Assembly: GCF_006345805.1 (NCBI RefSeq)
Contig: NC_043013.1
Location: forward strand, 17,856,001 to 17,920,000
Source: Octopus sinensis
Taxonomy: Eukaryota
Direction: 5' to 3'
DNA length: 64,000 nucleotides
Below, piece by piece: positions 63,051-64,000 of the stretch (within the stretch, counting starts at the first letter, position 1; every line of letters starts with the position of its first letter). A program made the position numbers and the translations under genes. The notes beneath the pieces were generated by a model. The model made no database searches, was not told the DNA's origin, and saw nothing but the letters and a program-made list of their open reading frames with translations.

Positions 63051-64000
63051 TGGATGAATGGATAGATGGAATAAGGTTCCTGGGTTATTTACAGACATTT
63101 GTTTCTTAAGGGAGTGAGAACTGGCCTTTGTACTGGGTCATAGGGGTGAAACATTGTCCTTATACTGATTGTTTTCCTTGGTGGTAGTGATTTGCTCAAC
63201 ATTGATTACATTTTATGCAGAGAGAGAAAAGTTTTCTCCTACTATATAGTTGGGGAATGCCAGAAATTCTTATATAGGCATTAAGATAGGAAATGATAGC
63301 ATTACAGCTTGTAGGAATTAGTTCAAATCTTGTCTAAGTCAACTTTATCTTTTATACTTCTGGGGCTAATACAACAAAGCTCCAGTCAAGTATTGAAACC
63401 TCTCCCCTTAGTGTTGTTATTATTTCTTACCCAGGTTGGTGGATTGGTTGAATCATTAAACTGTTAGAAAAATGCCTTAAAATACATTTTTCACCTCTTT
63501 ACATTTTGAGTTCAAATCTTGCTGAGGTCATCTTAGCCTTTCACCCTCCCAGAGTTGATAAAGCAAATTACTGGTCAAGTCAGTCATATCAACTAACCCT
63601 GCTCTCCCCAAAATTGCTGGCGTTGTGCCTAAATCAGAAACAGTTTTAATCCATGTTAGAATGGAAAAGGGGGAGTGAAATGAATGGAAGGTGGTGGTTA
63701 GCTGAGTTGGTAGAGTTCTGGAAGAAATATTTGTGGTTTTTCTTTCAGCTTTCTTCATTCTCGGTTCAAATCCCTCCTTCAGTCAACTTCACGTTTCATC
63801 CCCCTTGGGCTGCTGATATCAATTAAGTCTCTCCTCTCAAATTTGCTGGCCTTGTGATGGATTCACATGAGTTGTTAGATAGTCACACAAATTGCCTTGT
63901 GATATTTCTTCCGGCTCATGTTCAGGGTTCAAATCCCACTGATGTCAACTTTGTCTTTTGTGGGGTTTTTTTCAAGGTCAATAAAATAAAGTACCAGTTG

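Overview
AT-rich, repeat-saturated animal DNA with many (TA)n, (AAT)n, (CA)n and (GAT)n microsatellites. The SINE and LINE repertoire looks like an octopus/cephalopod genome, but that is an inference from recalled repeat families. Almost all ORF-track entries are microsatellite or decayed-transposon artefacts. The one credible host gene is the first coding exon of COA3/CCDC56 (57422-57608, +), which ends at a U12-type donor (GTATCCTT); I could not find exon 2 in the window. The rest is a nested set of mobile elements: RTE, Tx1, CR1-like and R4/Dong LINEs, three tRNA-headed SINE families, Penelope-like fragments, mariner/maT, hAT, piggyBac, Merlin-like and Helitron-like elements, and a solo LTR. 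The most interesting signal is a dispersed set of type I hammerhead ribozyme motifs with long stem II inserts and palindromic mini stem III. They sit in inverted repeats or in terminally redundant 300-430 bp units (retrozyme or Penelope pLTR-like). All structures were read by eye, and coordinates of decayed elements are approximate.
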